Virus record (IMG/VR): IMGVR_UViG_3300019889_000017
Location: 1-60,897 of that record
Source: a virus
Taxonomy: Duplodnaviria > Caudoviricetes
DNA: 60,897 nt
Reading direction: 5' to 3' (one strand)
Shown: positions 17,491-26,056 of the stretch, piece after piece
Layout: each line of letters starts with the position of its first letter
How positions within the stretch are numbered: position 1 is the first letter of the stretch
Notes under the pieces: generated by a model
Databases searched by the model: none
Seen by the model: only the letters and a program-made list of their open reading frames with translations
What the model was told of the DNA's origin: nothing
Program-made: the position numbers and the translations under genes

Positions 17491-18055
17491 CGCACAGCAC
17501 CTCTTCGACCTGCTCATCGGAGAGGTCGGCGACGACCTCGACGTGGTGTTGCTGCATCACCTTGACCAGCTTGCGGTACTTGCGCGCCGTGGTGGCGTTG
17601 GCCTCGGACTGCCGGTCCGACTCGGCCGCGGCGAACTCCAGGTCCGCAATCGTGCACCGCTCGATGTCACGGTACGTCTTGTTGCCCAGCCAGAGGGACA
17701 GCCGGACGCGGTGCTTCCGGAACAACGCGACGCGGGAGTTCCGGACGTTGCCGCCACCGGGGAGGACGCCGGCTGATTGGGCAGCGATGCGGGTTTGGTC
17801 CTCCCCGGTGACGGTGCTTTGACCCGGCTCGATGGTGTCCCTCTGGGTATCGGCTGCCAGTTGATCGGGCCGGGAGTCCTTGCGCGGGACGGTGGCCAGT
17901 TCCCGGCGGACCGTCTCGGTCAGCGCCTGGCGGTAGGCCTCGCTCGTTGCGGCCTTGGGCGTGCGTTCGAAGATCAGGTTGGCCAGGGTGTCCAGGTTCT
18001 CCTCGGTGGTGTCCGTGAGGATCGCCCGGATGTGCTGGCGGAGGTCGAATTTCAT
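17483..18055 (-). CDS. Tas-associated hypothetical protein (190 aa)
   Basis: MKFDLRQH start with GGAGAGG RBS; ATGAGTGA overlap with tasA. Confidence 0.75.
   Translation of the reverse strand: MKFDLRQHIRAILTDTTEENLDTLANLIFERTPKAATSEAYRQALTETVRRELATVPRKDSRPDQLAADTQRDTIEPGQSTVTGEDQTRIAAQSAGVLPGGGNVRNSRVALFRKHRVRLSLWLGNKTYRDIERCTIADLEFAAAESDRQSEANATTARKYRKLVKVMQQHHVEVVADLSDEQVEEVLCDE
17757..17874 (-). ncRNA. Two TIGR-like units embedded in-frame in the partner gene
   Basis: CG-CCGGCTGAT-TGGGCAGCG-ATGCGGGTT-TGG and TG-GTGTCCCTC-TGGGTATCG-GCTGCCAGT-TGA in 10-bp stems. Confidence 0.75.
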
Positions 18056-18087
18056 GGGTGTTCGGTTCCTCTCCGTTGGTCCATGGG

Positions 18088-18784
18088 CCGGTACGAATGG
18101 CGACGCTATGGGTATCGTATGGGCTGTGATTCGTACCGGGTCAAGAACAGACGGTGCGCTGCATTTGGGTATCGGCGGTGTATTGACCGTCTGCTCATGA
18201 CCCGGTACGAATGTAGAGTGGTTGGGTATCGGTGGGACTTTGATTCGTACCGGTTCAAGAACAGACGGTGTGCCGAGCTTGGGTATCAGCGAACCTGTGA
18301 CCATCTGCTCATGATCCGGTACGAATGTAGGAAACATGGGTATCGGACCCGCTTTGATTCGTACCGGTTCAAGAACAGACGGTGGGACGACTTTGGATAT
18401 CGGGAGGACTATGACCGTCTGCTCATGACCCGGTACGAATGGTGTCCCCATGGGTATCGGATCCGCTTTGATTCGTACCGGTTCAAGAACAGACGGTGCT
18501 TTGCCTTTGGGTATCGGAGAACCTTTAAACCGTCTGCTCATGACCTGGTACGAATGCGGGGAGCTTGGGTATCGAATCTTCACTGATTCGTACCGGCTCA
18601 TGAGCAGACGGTGCGTTCCTTATGGTTGACGGTGTCACCTTGACCGTCTGCTCATTGACCGATGTGAATGATTGATCCGTGGGTATCGCCGATACAATGA
18701 TTCACACCAGTGAATGAACAGACGGGGTTCCCCGGGGCGGTGATCGAACTCTGGATATCGCCACCATCTTGACCGCCCCGGGGA
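18088..18784 (-). ncRNA. Main TIGR-like stem-loop array, 12 units
   Basis: 57-bp units (114-bp period): TG-N9-TGGGTATCG-N9-TGA with unique 9-mers, alternating stems CCGGTACGAA and CAGACGG. Confidence 0.9.
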
Positions 18785-18790
18785 GGTCGA

Positions 18791-19243
18791 CTACTTCTCG
18801 ACGTGCCTGACAGCGACCCCGAAATGCCTGTATGGCTTCCCGGCGTACGGGCCGGTACGGGCGATCTTCTCGCCGAAGAACTTGACCGCCATACGGTCGC
18901 CGAGCTCGGCGTCCGCGTCCAGCAGCTCCCGCTTCAGCACGGAGCTGTAGCCGATGACACGGTACTTCGTGCCGTCCTTGGTCTGGATCGTGACCGTGGG
19001 AACCATCGGGTTGTCGCCGGGCTTGGCGTAGTCCGACCGGGTCTCGCCCACCTTGATCACCAGGCCGGAGATACCCTCGCCGTGCTCGGTGGGGACCCAG
19101 CCTTCGGAGTCGTCCTCCTCAACCGAGTCCAGCAGGTCATCGAAGTCATCCTCCGAGACTTCCTTGGCGGTGTCCGTCAGGCTTTCGAACAGCTCGTCCG
19201 CCTCGTCCTTGGCGGGGGGAGTCTTACTGGTGCTTCCGGCCAC
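18791..19243 (-). CDS. Putative ssDNA-binding protein
   Basis: Acidic N-terminus plus beta-rich OB-like body, near the YqaJ exonuclease; AAGGAGG RBS. Confidence 0.55.
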   Translation of the reverse strand: MAGSTSKTPPAKDEADELFESLTDTAKEVSEDDFDDLLDSVEEDDSEGWVPTEHGEGISGLVIKVGETRSDYAKPGDNPMVPTVTIQTKDGTKYRVIGYSSVLKRELLDADAELGDRMAVKFFGEKIARTGPYAGKPYRHFGVAVRHVEK

Positions 19244-19417
19244 GAGGGCCCTCCTTCAGTGAGCTGGCTAGTTAGTTGTCCCGATCCGGCTGGACGGCTT
19301 CCTCAATACGCGTAGGCAGTGCCGTCCAGCCGGACCAGTTCGGGTCTCTTAACGCCACCCGCGTAGCGCGTCCGCCTTGAGTTGATCAGACCGGTCTTGG
19401 GCGAACCTCGGACCGCT

Positions 19418-19495
19418 CGCCCCCCGCCGTGGACTCGAACCACGGTGGCCCCTCATACGCCATTCTTGGGGCTGACAACTGCCTATCCAGGGAGC
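19418..19495 (-). ncRNA. tRNA-like RNA (atypical cloverleaf)
   Basis: GCTCCCTG/CGGGGGGC closing stem, D-like hairpin, GCCCC/GGGGC arm with 15-nt loop, CCGTGG-TTCGAGT-CCACGG T arm; promoter at 19559-19587. Confidence 0.5.
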
Positions 19496-19603
19496 CGGAC
19501 CGACCGCGAAACCGGCCCGGATGCTGGCCCTAAGGGGTCTGTCGAACCAGCGAGTCATACCTTACAGTGCCGCCGTCAACGTTGCAACGTTGACACTTAA
19601 GTG

Positions 19604-20608
19604 TCACTTCAGCGCCCGGATCGTCATCGCCCGGTAGTGGCTGACCACCGTGCAGGCCTCGGCCACCTCCGGGTAGTCCCGGCGCAGCGCCTCGACGCTG
19701 ATCCGGCTGGACTTGATCTCGGGGTAGCTGACGATCTTCCGCTCGCCCAGGTAACCCGCACCGGCGTCGCCGACCTGCATCCGGAAGTAGTTCTTGATCT
19801 CGTCCAACCTGGCCGAGGCCTTGTCGGCCGCCAGCTTGGCCGTCTTGTAGTCGGCCAGCCACTCCTCCGCATCCTCGGGGAGCTGGATCGACGGGACCAC
19901 GATCGACGGGTGTAGCTGCTTCAGCAGCTCCTCGGTCTTCGGGTGGCGCAGGTTGTGCATCGGCGGTTCGTCGCCGAGCACGTTGACTACCCAGAACCGC
20001 TCAGCCTCGTCGGCCAGCTCCTTGAACCAGGTCTTGTCGAAGAAGGTCTCCACCGTGAAGAACTGGCGCTCGTGCCCCAGCACCAGGCAGCCCAGGTAGC
20101 ACACCGGCAGGCCGATGATGCCCATCTGCCACTGAGCCTGGGCCTGGTAGCTGAGCGGCGCCGAGCCGGTTCCCTGGCCGCCGGGCGTGATCGTGCCGCT
20201 GGCCCAGTGCTCGTCGTCCCCGGAGGTCTTGCACTCGATCAGCGCCCTGGCCTTCCACTGGCGCGGCTTGCAGGCGAACCGGTCCGGCGTCACCCGGAGG
20301 AAGTCGCGCTCACGGTCGGCCCACAGACCGCCCGCGAACCGCGAGACCAGGCCGATCTCCTCTGCTGTCTTCAGAGCCACGACGTCCTCCAGCCGGTGAC
20401 CCCACTCGACGGCCGCCAGGCCGGACAGATCTTTTCCACCACGTTTCTTGGTGTTCCAGACGCTGAACGTGGTGTCGTACTCCGACACGCCCACCAGGGC
20501 GCCGACCTCGGAGCCGCCGATCCCGCCCATCCTGGCTGCGAGCCAGGGCCCGCGACCGGCACACTCGGGGAGGATGACCTCGGCCGGGGAGTTGTCGACG
20601 GTGGCCAT
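19604..20608 (-). CDS. YqaJ / lambda-exonuclease family recombination nuclease
   Basis: WLAARMGGIGGSE, WGHRLE, TPDR, IECKT, YQAQAQWQM. Confidence 0.9.
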   Translation of the reverse strand: MATVDNSPAEVILPECAGRGPWLAARMGGIGGSEVGALVGVSEYDTTFSVWNTKKRGGKDLSGLAAVEWGHRLEDVVALKTAEEIGLVSRFAGGLWADRERDFLRVTPDRFACKPRQWKARALIECKTSGDDEHWASGTITPGGQGTGSAPLSYQAQAQWQMGIIGLPVCYLGCLVLGHERQFFTVETFFDKTWFKELADEAERFWVVNVLGDEPPMHNLRHPKTEELLKQLHPSIVVPSIQLPEDAEEWLADYKTAKLAADKASARLDEIKNYFRMQVGDAGAGYLGERKIVSYPEIKSSRISVEALRRDYPEVAEACTVVSHYRAMTIRALK

Positions 20609-20673
20609 CCGGTGCGCCGGGTGCGGGCAGGCGAGACGCCCACCCGACCGGGAGAGATGACGCCGCGCCGCGG

Positions 20674-20895
20674 TCACTTGGCCGCCAGCCAATCCGCCAG
20701 TTTGATGTGGAGGTCAGCGATCCTTACGGCACAGAGAGCTACCTGGATGGTGTCCCGGCTATCGTCACCATGCGGGAGAGGCCCTGCAGAAAGGGCTGTT
20801 TCTTCAGCCTTCTTCAGCCACTTCTGAGCAGCCGTCCGATGCCTCTCTTCATTTTTTATTTGGTTAAGCAGTGCGTCGAGTTCATCGCCCATCAT
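20674..20895 (-). CDS. Hypothetical protein
   Basis: AAGGA RBS, early-gene cluster, lower GC. Confidence 0.55.
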   Translation of the reverse strand: MMGDELDALLNQIKNEERHRTAAQKWLKKAEETALSAGPLPHGDDSRDTIQVALCAVRIADLHIKLADWLAAK

Positions 20896-20925
20896 TTCTT
20901 CCTTTCTCCTGGCAACGGGCCGCGC

Positions 20926-21171
20926 TCACTCAGATTCCCCAGGGAGCTCTGTATTGGTGTAATTCACAGTTTTGGCCATCTTATAGATATCGCTCAGCTC
21001 ATCTATAAGGGACTCCAGCCCGTTCAGGTCGAAAGACCTCGTGTCACCCATCCCGATCAGAATGATCTGCGTGTACGGCTCTGTCTCCTCTTCCACGTAG
21101 TTAATCTTGGCCGCCATATTGCCGACCATTCCGGTGAACTTGAAACCTGCGTGTTCGGTCCTCACGGTCAT
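20926..21171 (-). CDS. Hypothetical protein
   Basis: ATGA overlap with the upstream gene. Confidence 0.55.
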   Translation of the reverse strand: MTVRTEHAGFKFTGMVGNMAAKINYVEEETEPYTQIILIGMGDTRSFDLNGLESLIDELSDIYKMAKTVNYTNTELPGESE

Positions 21172-21527
21172 TCTCCGTAGTAGTCGGTCTCAGGGTCTGT
21201 CCAGGTCGCCAGCATCCTGGCGAGACGGCGCCGCGCGTAGCTGAACGGGCTGACCGAGTCCAGCAGCATCTCGTCCAAGGTCCGCACGTGGCCGGTCTCA
21301 ACCTCCTTGAGCAACCGGCTCAAGGCGTCCGTATCCGGTCGGTGGCGACACGGTGTCATCAGCACCCCAGCACAGCAGCCGAACCAGGGTGCCGCCGGGT
21401 CCTTCCCCCGCTCCGCCTCGCAGCTGGCCAGCGTGCAGCCACATCCCTCACACGGCGCGTCATCACGGATCTGCCGACGTCGCTCGGCGACCGCCTTCCT
21501 CATATCCTCGTCCGCCACGGTCATCAA
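21168..21527 (-). CDS. Cys-rich hypothetical protein
   Basis: CEGCGC...C...CC...C; coupled to both neighbours. Confidence 0.55.
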   Translation of the reverse strand: MMTVADEDMRKAVAERRRQIRDDAPCEGCGCTLASCEAERGKDPAAPWFGCCAGVLMTPCRHRPDTDALSRLLKEVETGHVRTLDEMLLDSVSPFSYARRRLARMLATWTDPETDYYGE

Positions 21528-21892
21528 TCTGCCCTCCCCTCAGGTAGCGGGTCGCCGTAGCCGGACGACCTCAGCAGCCAGACCATGTGGTCCAGCGTGG
21601 TGAACACCGGCCAGATCCCGAGCTGGGCCGGCCCGACGCCGTTGGGCCGGAGCAGGACCAGGGGGAGGTTGTCCCCGGCGTTGCGGACCGCCTGGCGCAG
21701 ATTGGCCATCGGCTCGAACCCTGCTCGGGCCTTGACCTCCCACCCCAGCCCGGGTGTTCCGGTGATGTCGACACCGGACGCCCCGGCGCCGGTCGGCATG
21801 GCGTAGGGCCAGCCGTGCTCGGCCAGGTAGCGCGCGGCCAGCAGCTCCGTCGTCCGGCCGCGGCGCTTCCTCGCCTGAGGGGTGCCGGTCAC
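21524..21892 (-). CDS. PD-(D/E)xK nuclease, probable Holliday junction resolvase
   Basis: RKRRGRTTE...GVDI...WEVKAR; GTG start overlaps the upstream TGA. Confidence 0.65.
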   Translation of the reverse strand: MTGTPQARKRRGRTTELLAARYLAEHGWPYAMPTGAGASGVDITGTPGLGWEVKARAGFEPMANLRQAVRNAGDNLPLVLLRPNGVGPAQLGIWPVFTTLDHMVWLLRSSGYGDPLPEGRAD

Positions 21893-22320
21893 CGGTGTTC
21901 CTGACCGGAGCATCCACAGCCCGGGATCTGACACGAGTCCTCTTCCAGGAGCTGATCCAGGGCGTGCCGTTTCTCCGGGATGACCGGGCCGGTGGTGAAC
22001 TTGCCCGGTCCGACGGTCCAGTACGGGCATTCCGGCGCGTGGTTGTCGTCCCGGGGAGAGCGCTCGAAACCACAGAACGCGCAGTCGTTCCGGACCTGCT
22101 GTTGCCCTGCGCCCGGGGCCACGAACTCCAGCCGCTTCCAGATCCGGATCAGGTGCTCCGGCGCCATCTCGATGTGACGGTGCACGTGACCGTGCTCGAA
22201 CACGACGCACACGGTCGAGGCGTACCGCGACAGGTCGCCGTAGCCTCTGGCCGGGAGCGTCTCCTGCACCACGTCGAACTGGAAGTCGCTGAGATCTCCG
22301 ATCGTCATCTGTACCCGCAC
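21889..22320 (-). CDS. Hypothetical protein with Cys/His motifs
   Basis: CAFC...HAPEC, CQIPGCGC; promoter at 22365-22393. Confidence 0.55.
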   Translation of the reverse strand: MRVQMTIGDLSDFQFDVVQETLPARGYGDLSRYASTVCVVFEHGHVHRHIEMAPEHLIRIWKRLEFVAPGAGQQQVRNDCAFCGFERSPRDDNHAPECPYWTVGPGKFTTGPVIPEKRHALDQLLEEDSCQIPGCGCSGQEHR

Positions 22321-22389
22321 GGTGTCGGACCCCTTCCTGTCGGCTTCTCAAGCTTGCCCGTCATACCTTACCGTCAAGACTGTGAGGTG

Positions 22390-23127
22390 TCAATCAGAGG
22401 ATCTGGTCGAGCGGCTCGGCATGTACTGGTGGGCGAACGGCCGGGTACGCACGATGACCCCCGAGCCCGCCGCGTCCAGGCTGATCCGGCCGCCGTCATC
22501 CGGGCGCCAGGAGCCGTTCGGCCGATCCAGCCAGGCCAGCAGCGAGCGCCGGTCGCTGGCGCTGAGCTGGACGTGGTGGTCCCGGTCCGCGATGACGCGC
22601 GCCAGCGTGGCGCGGTAGACCGCCTCGGCCACTCTCTGAGCCTCGCGCTGGCCGCCGGAGCCCGCATCCTCCCAGTTGACCGTGTAGACCAGGTGCCGGT
22701 TGTTGCCCATCCGGACCTCCAGGTCCCGGTTGTCACCCTCGTCCACGTGGAGCGCCAGGCCGTAATGCGGGTTGTGGAGCTGGACCAGGGCCTCCTCGCC
22801 GGTCCAGGGGTAGGCCAGGATGGCGCCCAGCTCCTCGGCCACCGTGGCCGGTGAGACGTAGTCCCCGTGCCGAGACTCCAGGTCGTTCACGTAGCGCCGG
22901 AGCGCGTCGGCCAGCGTCGTGGGCTCGCCCTCGGTCAGGCTCAGGACATCCTCCTGATCCATCGACGCCAGCGCGTCGATCATGTCCACGATCGTCTCCC
23001 GGCCCTCGCCGGTCTGGGCCATCGTGTTGCGGATGACGCGCTCCCGCACAAGCGCGGCTTGCCAGGCTCCGAGGTCGTCAGCTCCAGCCAGCAGGTCCTG
23101 TAGTTCGCTCATCTCTACCTCCCCCAA
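22390..23127 (-). CDS. Hypothetical protein
   Basis: Long ORF with GGAGG RBS before MSELQ (23112); promoter at 23153-23182. Confidence 0.6.
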   Translation of the reverse strand: MGEVEMSELQDLLAGADDLGAWQAALVRERVIRNTMAQTGEGRETIVDMIDALASMDQEDVLSLTEGEPTTLADALRRYVNDLESRHGDYVSPATVAEELGAILAYPWTGEEALVQLHNPHYGLALHVDEGDNRDLEVRMGNNRHLVYTVNWEDAGSGGQREAQRVAEAVYRATLARVIADRDHHVQLSASDRRSLLAWLDRPNGSWRPDDGGRISLDAAGSGVIVRTRPFAHQYMPSRSTRSSD

Positions 23128-23221
23128 CGGCGAGTCTCTCCCACCGTGTCATACATTACCGTCATGCCTGTTAGGTTGTCAATAAGGGGAGGCCAGCCGA
23201 TTCCAGCTGGCCCCTCCTCGA

Positions 23222-24688
23222 TCAGCGTTCCTCGAACAGGTGGTCACACCCGTCACACCGGATGTTGGTCTTCTCGATCACCTTGCGGCTGGCACGGATG
23301 ATGTTGGGCTCATCGCACGTGCACGTCAGTTTGATGTTGCCCGTACTGGACTCGGTGGTGCCGGGCTTCTTCTGACCGCGGCCGATCTGCTCGCCACCCT
23401 CGGTCTCCTCGTCCGAGCTACCGAGCCACAGGGGGAGGTGGACGACCAGCCGGATCGCCGCGTCCAGCTCGGCCAGCAGGTCGGCGTACTGCTCGACAGT
23501 CTCTTCCTTCAGGGTGACCTCGGAGAAGCCGATCGAGGGGCTGGCCTGAGCATCCCGGTACTCCAAGCCCAGCTCTTCGGCGAGCTGCTTGAACTTGGCG
23601 TTGTGCCACCGGTTCTGGCGGCTGGTGTCCTGGATGTCGCGGACCTTGGCCAGGGTGTGGGCCGCCTCGTGGAGCATGGTCTGCAGTACCTGCTTAGCGC
23701 CCTTGGCCAGGGTCTCCCCTGCCATGAACATCTCGCCCATCTGCAGGTTGGTGATCGCACTCTCGCCTTCAGCGCGAGTCTTCCAGCCGTTCGGCCGGAA
23801 GTGGCCCCAGCGCGCCGGGCCGATCATGCCCGAGCCGGTCACCATGACTACGGCCGGAAGCTCCGAGTGGTTCCCGCGGATCCGGTCCCAGACCGTCTCC
23901 AGGAGCTGGACCACCGCGGAACCGGCCATGTCGCCGGTCACGGTCGACATCTCTCGGTCGGCAAGGTGCGCGGCGATCTTCGCGGCGCCGCTCGGCGTGA
24001 TCGTCATCCTCCCCTTGGCGGTCACCTCCTCCTGGACCACAGCGGAACCGGCCATGTCGCCGCGACCCCGGGCGAGTACCGTCCCGCCAAACTTCACCAG
24101 GTGGGTCTTCCAGGACTTACCGGCAGCGGCCACCTTGCCGCGCGCCCAGTCCTCGCGCATCGCCTCGTACATCAGAGTCTCGGTGGCGGCTTCGTCCAGC
24201 CGGGCCTCCTCGGCCTCCCATGCGTGATCGATCGCCTCGCGGTCGTCCGGGGTGGCGGTGGGCTCGCCCCGGTAGGGGTACTCGGTGCCCTCGGTCGCCC
24301 ACTGGCGGGGATCTCCGGCGGCGCGCTCCGCGTCCTCCAGCTCGGCCTCAGCGTGGTACTTGTCCATGACCTCAGACACAACCTCGCGCCGCACGTCCTC
24401 GGTCAGAGCCTCGGCGTGCGCCCGCTTGACTCCGGCCGCATCCTCCGGCGCCAACCACATGGTCTGAACCGGTGCGGCGTAGAACGTCCCAGCAGTCGTC
24501 TCGATCATGTAGCCGCGCCGATTGACGCACTTGTCCTTGCCAACAACCCGGGCGACTCGAACGCCTTCGCCGGTCTTGGTGGCGCTCTCACGGATGCTCT
24601 CGTGGCCCTCGGAGTTGTAGGCGAACTTCACGAGGATCCGGTCCCCGGCCTGGACGTCGCTGGCGTTGATCTTTCCCTTGGCGGTCAT
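23222..24688 (-). CDS. SprT-like zincin-domain protein with C-terminal Zn ribbon
   Basis: TMLHEAAH...TSRQNRWHNAKF...LGL; CTC...CDGC; promoter at 24730-24758. Confidence 0.7.
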   Translation of the reverse strand: MTAKGKINASDVQAGDRILVKFAYNSEGHESIRESATKTGEGVRVARVVGKDKCVNRRGYMIETTAGTFYAAPVQTMWLAPEDAAGVKRAHAEALTEDVRREVVSEVMDKYHAEAELEDAERAAGDPRQWATEGTEYPYRGEPTATPDDREAIDHAWEAEEARLDEAATETLMYEAMREDWARGKVAAAGKSWKTHLVKFGGTVLARGRGDMAGSAVVQEEVTAKGRMTITPSGAAKIAAHLADREMSTVTGDMAGSAVVQLLETVWDRIRGNHSELPAVVMVTGSGMIGPARWGHFRPNGWKTRAEGESAITNLQMGEMFMAGETLAKGAKQVLQTMLHEAAHTLAKVRDIQDTSRQNRWHNAKFKQLAEELGLEYRDAQASPSIGFSEVTLKEETVEQYADLLAELDAAIRLVVHLPLWLGSSDEETEGGEQIGRGQKKPGTTESSTGNIKLTCTCDEPNIIRASRKVIEKTNIRCDGCDHLFEER

Positions 24689-24840
24689 CGCTCGCTCCCT
24701 GTTCTCCGTGCTCGCTGCTGATACGGAGGACTTTACAGGCGTGACAGTGGAGTGTCAACCTCAACGGCATGCCGATGAAGTAAGTCACACAGGTGCTCAG
24801 AGAGTTGACACTTTACTGTCACGCCTGTAAAGTAGTTCTC

Positions 24841-25050
24841 ATGACGAAGACAGCAGCACTTCCCAAGACTCAGGCAGCGGCCATGGAAATCCTGGTGGAC
24901 GGCATGAGCCGGGACGAGTGGAGCGAAGCAGGAGCGAACCTCAACGCGATCGGCAGCCTGAGCCGAAAGGGCCTGGTCCGGCGCGAGGGTGACCCGCGCA
25001 AGGTGGTCAGCGACAGGTTCGAGATCGTCCGGTACTTCCGGGTCGCCTGA
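24841..25050 (+). CDS. Small hypothetical protein, possible winged helix
   Basis: Leaderless after the promoter at 24805-24833; 'IGSLSRKGLVRR'; terminator at 25059-25090. Confidence 0.55.
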   Translation: MTKTAALPKTQAAAMEILVDGMSRDEWSEAGANLNAIGSLSRKGLVRREGDPRKVVSDRFEIVRYFRVA

Positions 25051-25103
25051 CACAGCACGAGGGCCCGGAGGATAGTCCCTCCGGGCCCTCAGCTTCGGAC
25101 AGG

Positions 25104-25364
25104 TCAGGCTGCAGCGGACACCAGGTCCGTGCGCGCGCCCTGGCCTGGGCGGCCGGCCTTCCACTCGTCCAGGCTGGCCCGGGTGAAAACGGGCAGGTTG
25201 TACTGACCCTCTGCCTTCCGGTCGGGGTTGGCCTCCGGCCCGATGCCGCGCGCGACGTAGCTGGAGAGGGTGTTCCGCTTCAGGCCCAGGTACTCGGCCG
25301 CCGGACCGTACCCGACGAATTCATCGGGAAGGTCAGACAAGATCTCCGTGGATCTCGCACCCAT
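25104..25364 (-). CDS. HTH DNA-binding protein (AlpA/excisionase-like)
   Basis: AAEYLGLKRNTLSSYVARGIGP...F...LDEWKAGRPGQG; GGAGG RBS. Confidence 0.75.
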   Translation of the reverse strand: MGARSTEILSDLPDEFVGYGPAAEYLGLKRNTLSSYVARGIGPEANPDRKAEGQYNLPVFTRASLDEWKAGRPGQGARTDLVSAAA

Positions 25365-25487
25365 GATGGTCTGGCCTCCCTGATCAACTCGCAGTCCAGT
25401 CACAGCTGTTACTTTACCGGCGCGCCTGTCAAATGACAAGCCCGCCACTTACTTGTATCGGCACATAATAAAAGTTCGCCGGGGAGG

Positions 25488-25790
25488 TCAGCCGCACGGA
25501 AGAGTGGCCCGGTACGCGGCCATCGCGGCCGCGATGACGCGGCCACGCTCCCCCGCCGGGCCAGCCGGTGGCGGTGGCCCGGTGGTGAAGAGATCCAGAA
25601 CAGCGCACATGGCCTGGTCCTGATCACGCTGAACCTTCGCGTTCTCAGCATCCTGGTCACGCTCGTTCTTCCAGATCCAGAAGGACAGCAGGCTGGCGAT
25701 GAGCAGGACCGCCAGGCCCCACGACAGCAGGATCGTCCAGACGGGGCGCGGTATGTCCCAGCGCGCGGAGAGTCTCACACGCCGGATCAT
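25488..25790 (-). CDS. Membrane protein
   Basis: One TM helix plus Cys pair. Confidence 0.6.
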   Translation of the reverse strand: MIRRVRLSARWDIPRPVWTILLSWGLAVLLIASLLSFWIWKNERDQDAENAKVQRDQDQAMCAVLDLFTTGPPPPAGPAGERGRVIAAAMAAYRATLPCG

Positions 25791-26056
25791 GCCTCAGCCC
25801 CCGAGGGAGCGCTGGACGACCCAGGCGAGGAGGAGGACCGCGGCCCCAGCGGCTCCGACGGCTCCGACGGCAGACTGACCCGCGTACCGGGCCCGGAGAG
25901 CCAGAGCCTGAGAAAACCAGGGCCGAGCATCGTCGCCGCGCTGATCAGCATCAACGGCCACGGCCCGGCGGTCAGGACCGTCCACGTTCCCCACGCGCCT
26001 CCGAGGACCAGGAAAAAGAGATCCCGTTGGAGGGGCGGCAGTGCTCGCCTGCTCAC
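25787..26056 (-). CDS. Membrane protein
   Basis: Two hydrophobic segments; overlaps both neighbours by 4 bp. Confidence 0.55.
   Translation of the reverse strand: MSRRALPPLQRDLFFLVLGGAWGTWTVLTAGPWPLMLISAATMLGPGFLRLWLSGPGTRVSLPSEPSEPLGPRSSSSPGSSSAPSGAEA

Noticed and set aside
18056-18601. N-terminal 38-aa repeat extension of ORF 17483-18601 and the + strand ORF 17777-18586
   Set aside because: Read-through of the 114-bp RNA array; a good RBS and ATG lie at 18055.
18088-18784. CRISPR array
   Set aside because: Variable segments are paired 9-mers inside hairpins, not 30-40 nt spacers, and there are no cas genes.
16387-18784. Self-targeting of the spacers within this genome
   Set aside because: I found no 18-nt joined match by eye; only an isolated 9-mer (TTGTATCGG near 25453), expected by chance. 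Needs a computed search.
25104-25364. Lysogeny module
   Set aside because: Only an HTH gene; no integrase, ParA or att-like context was recognised.
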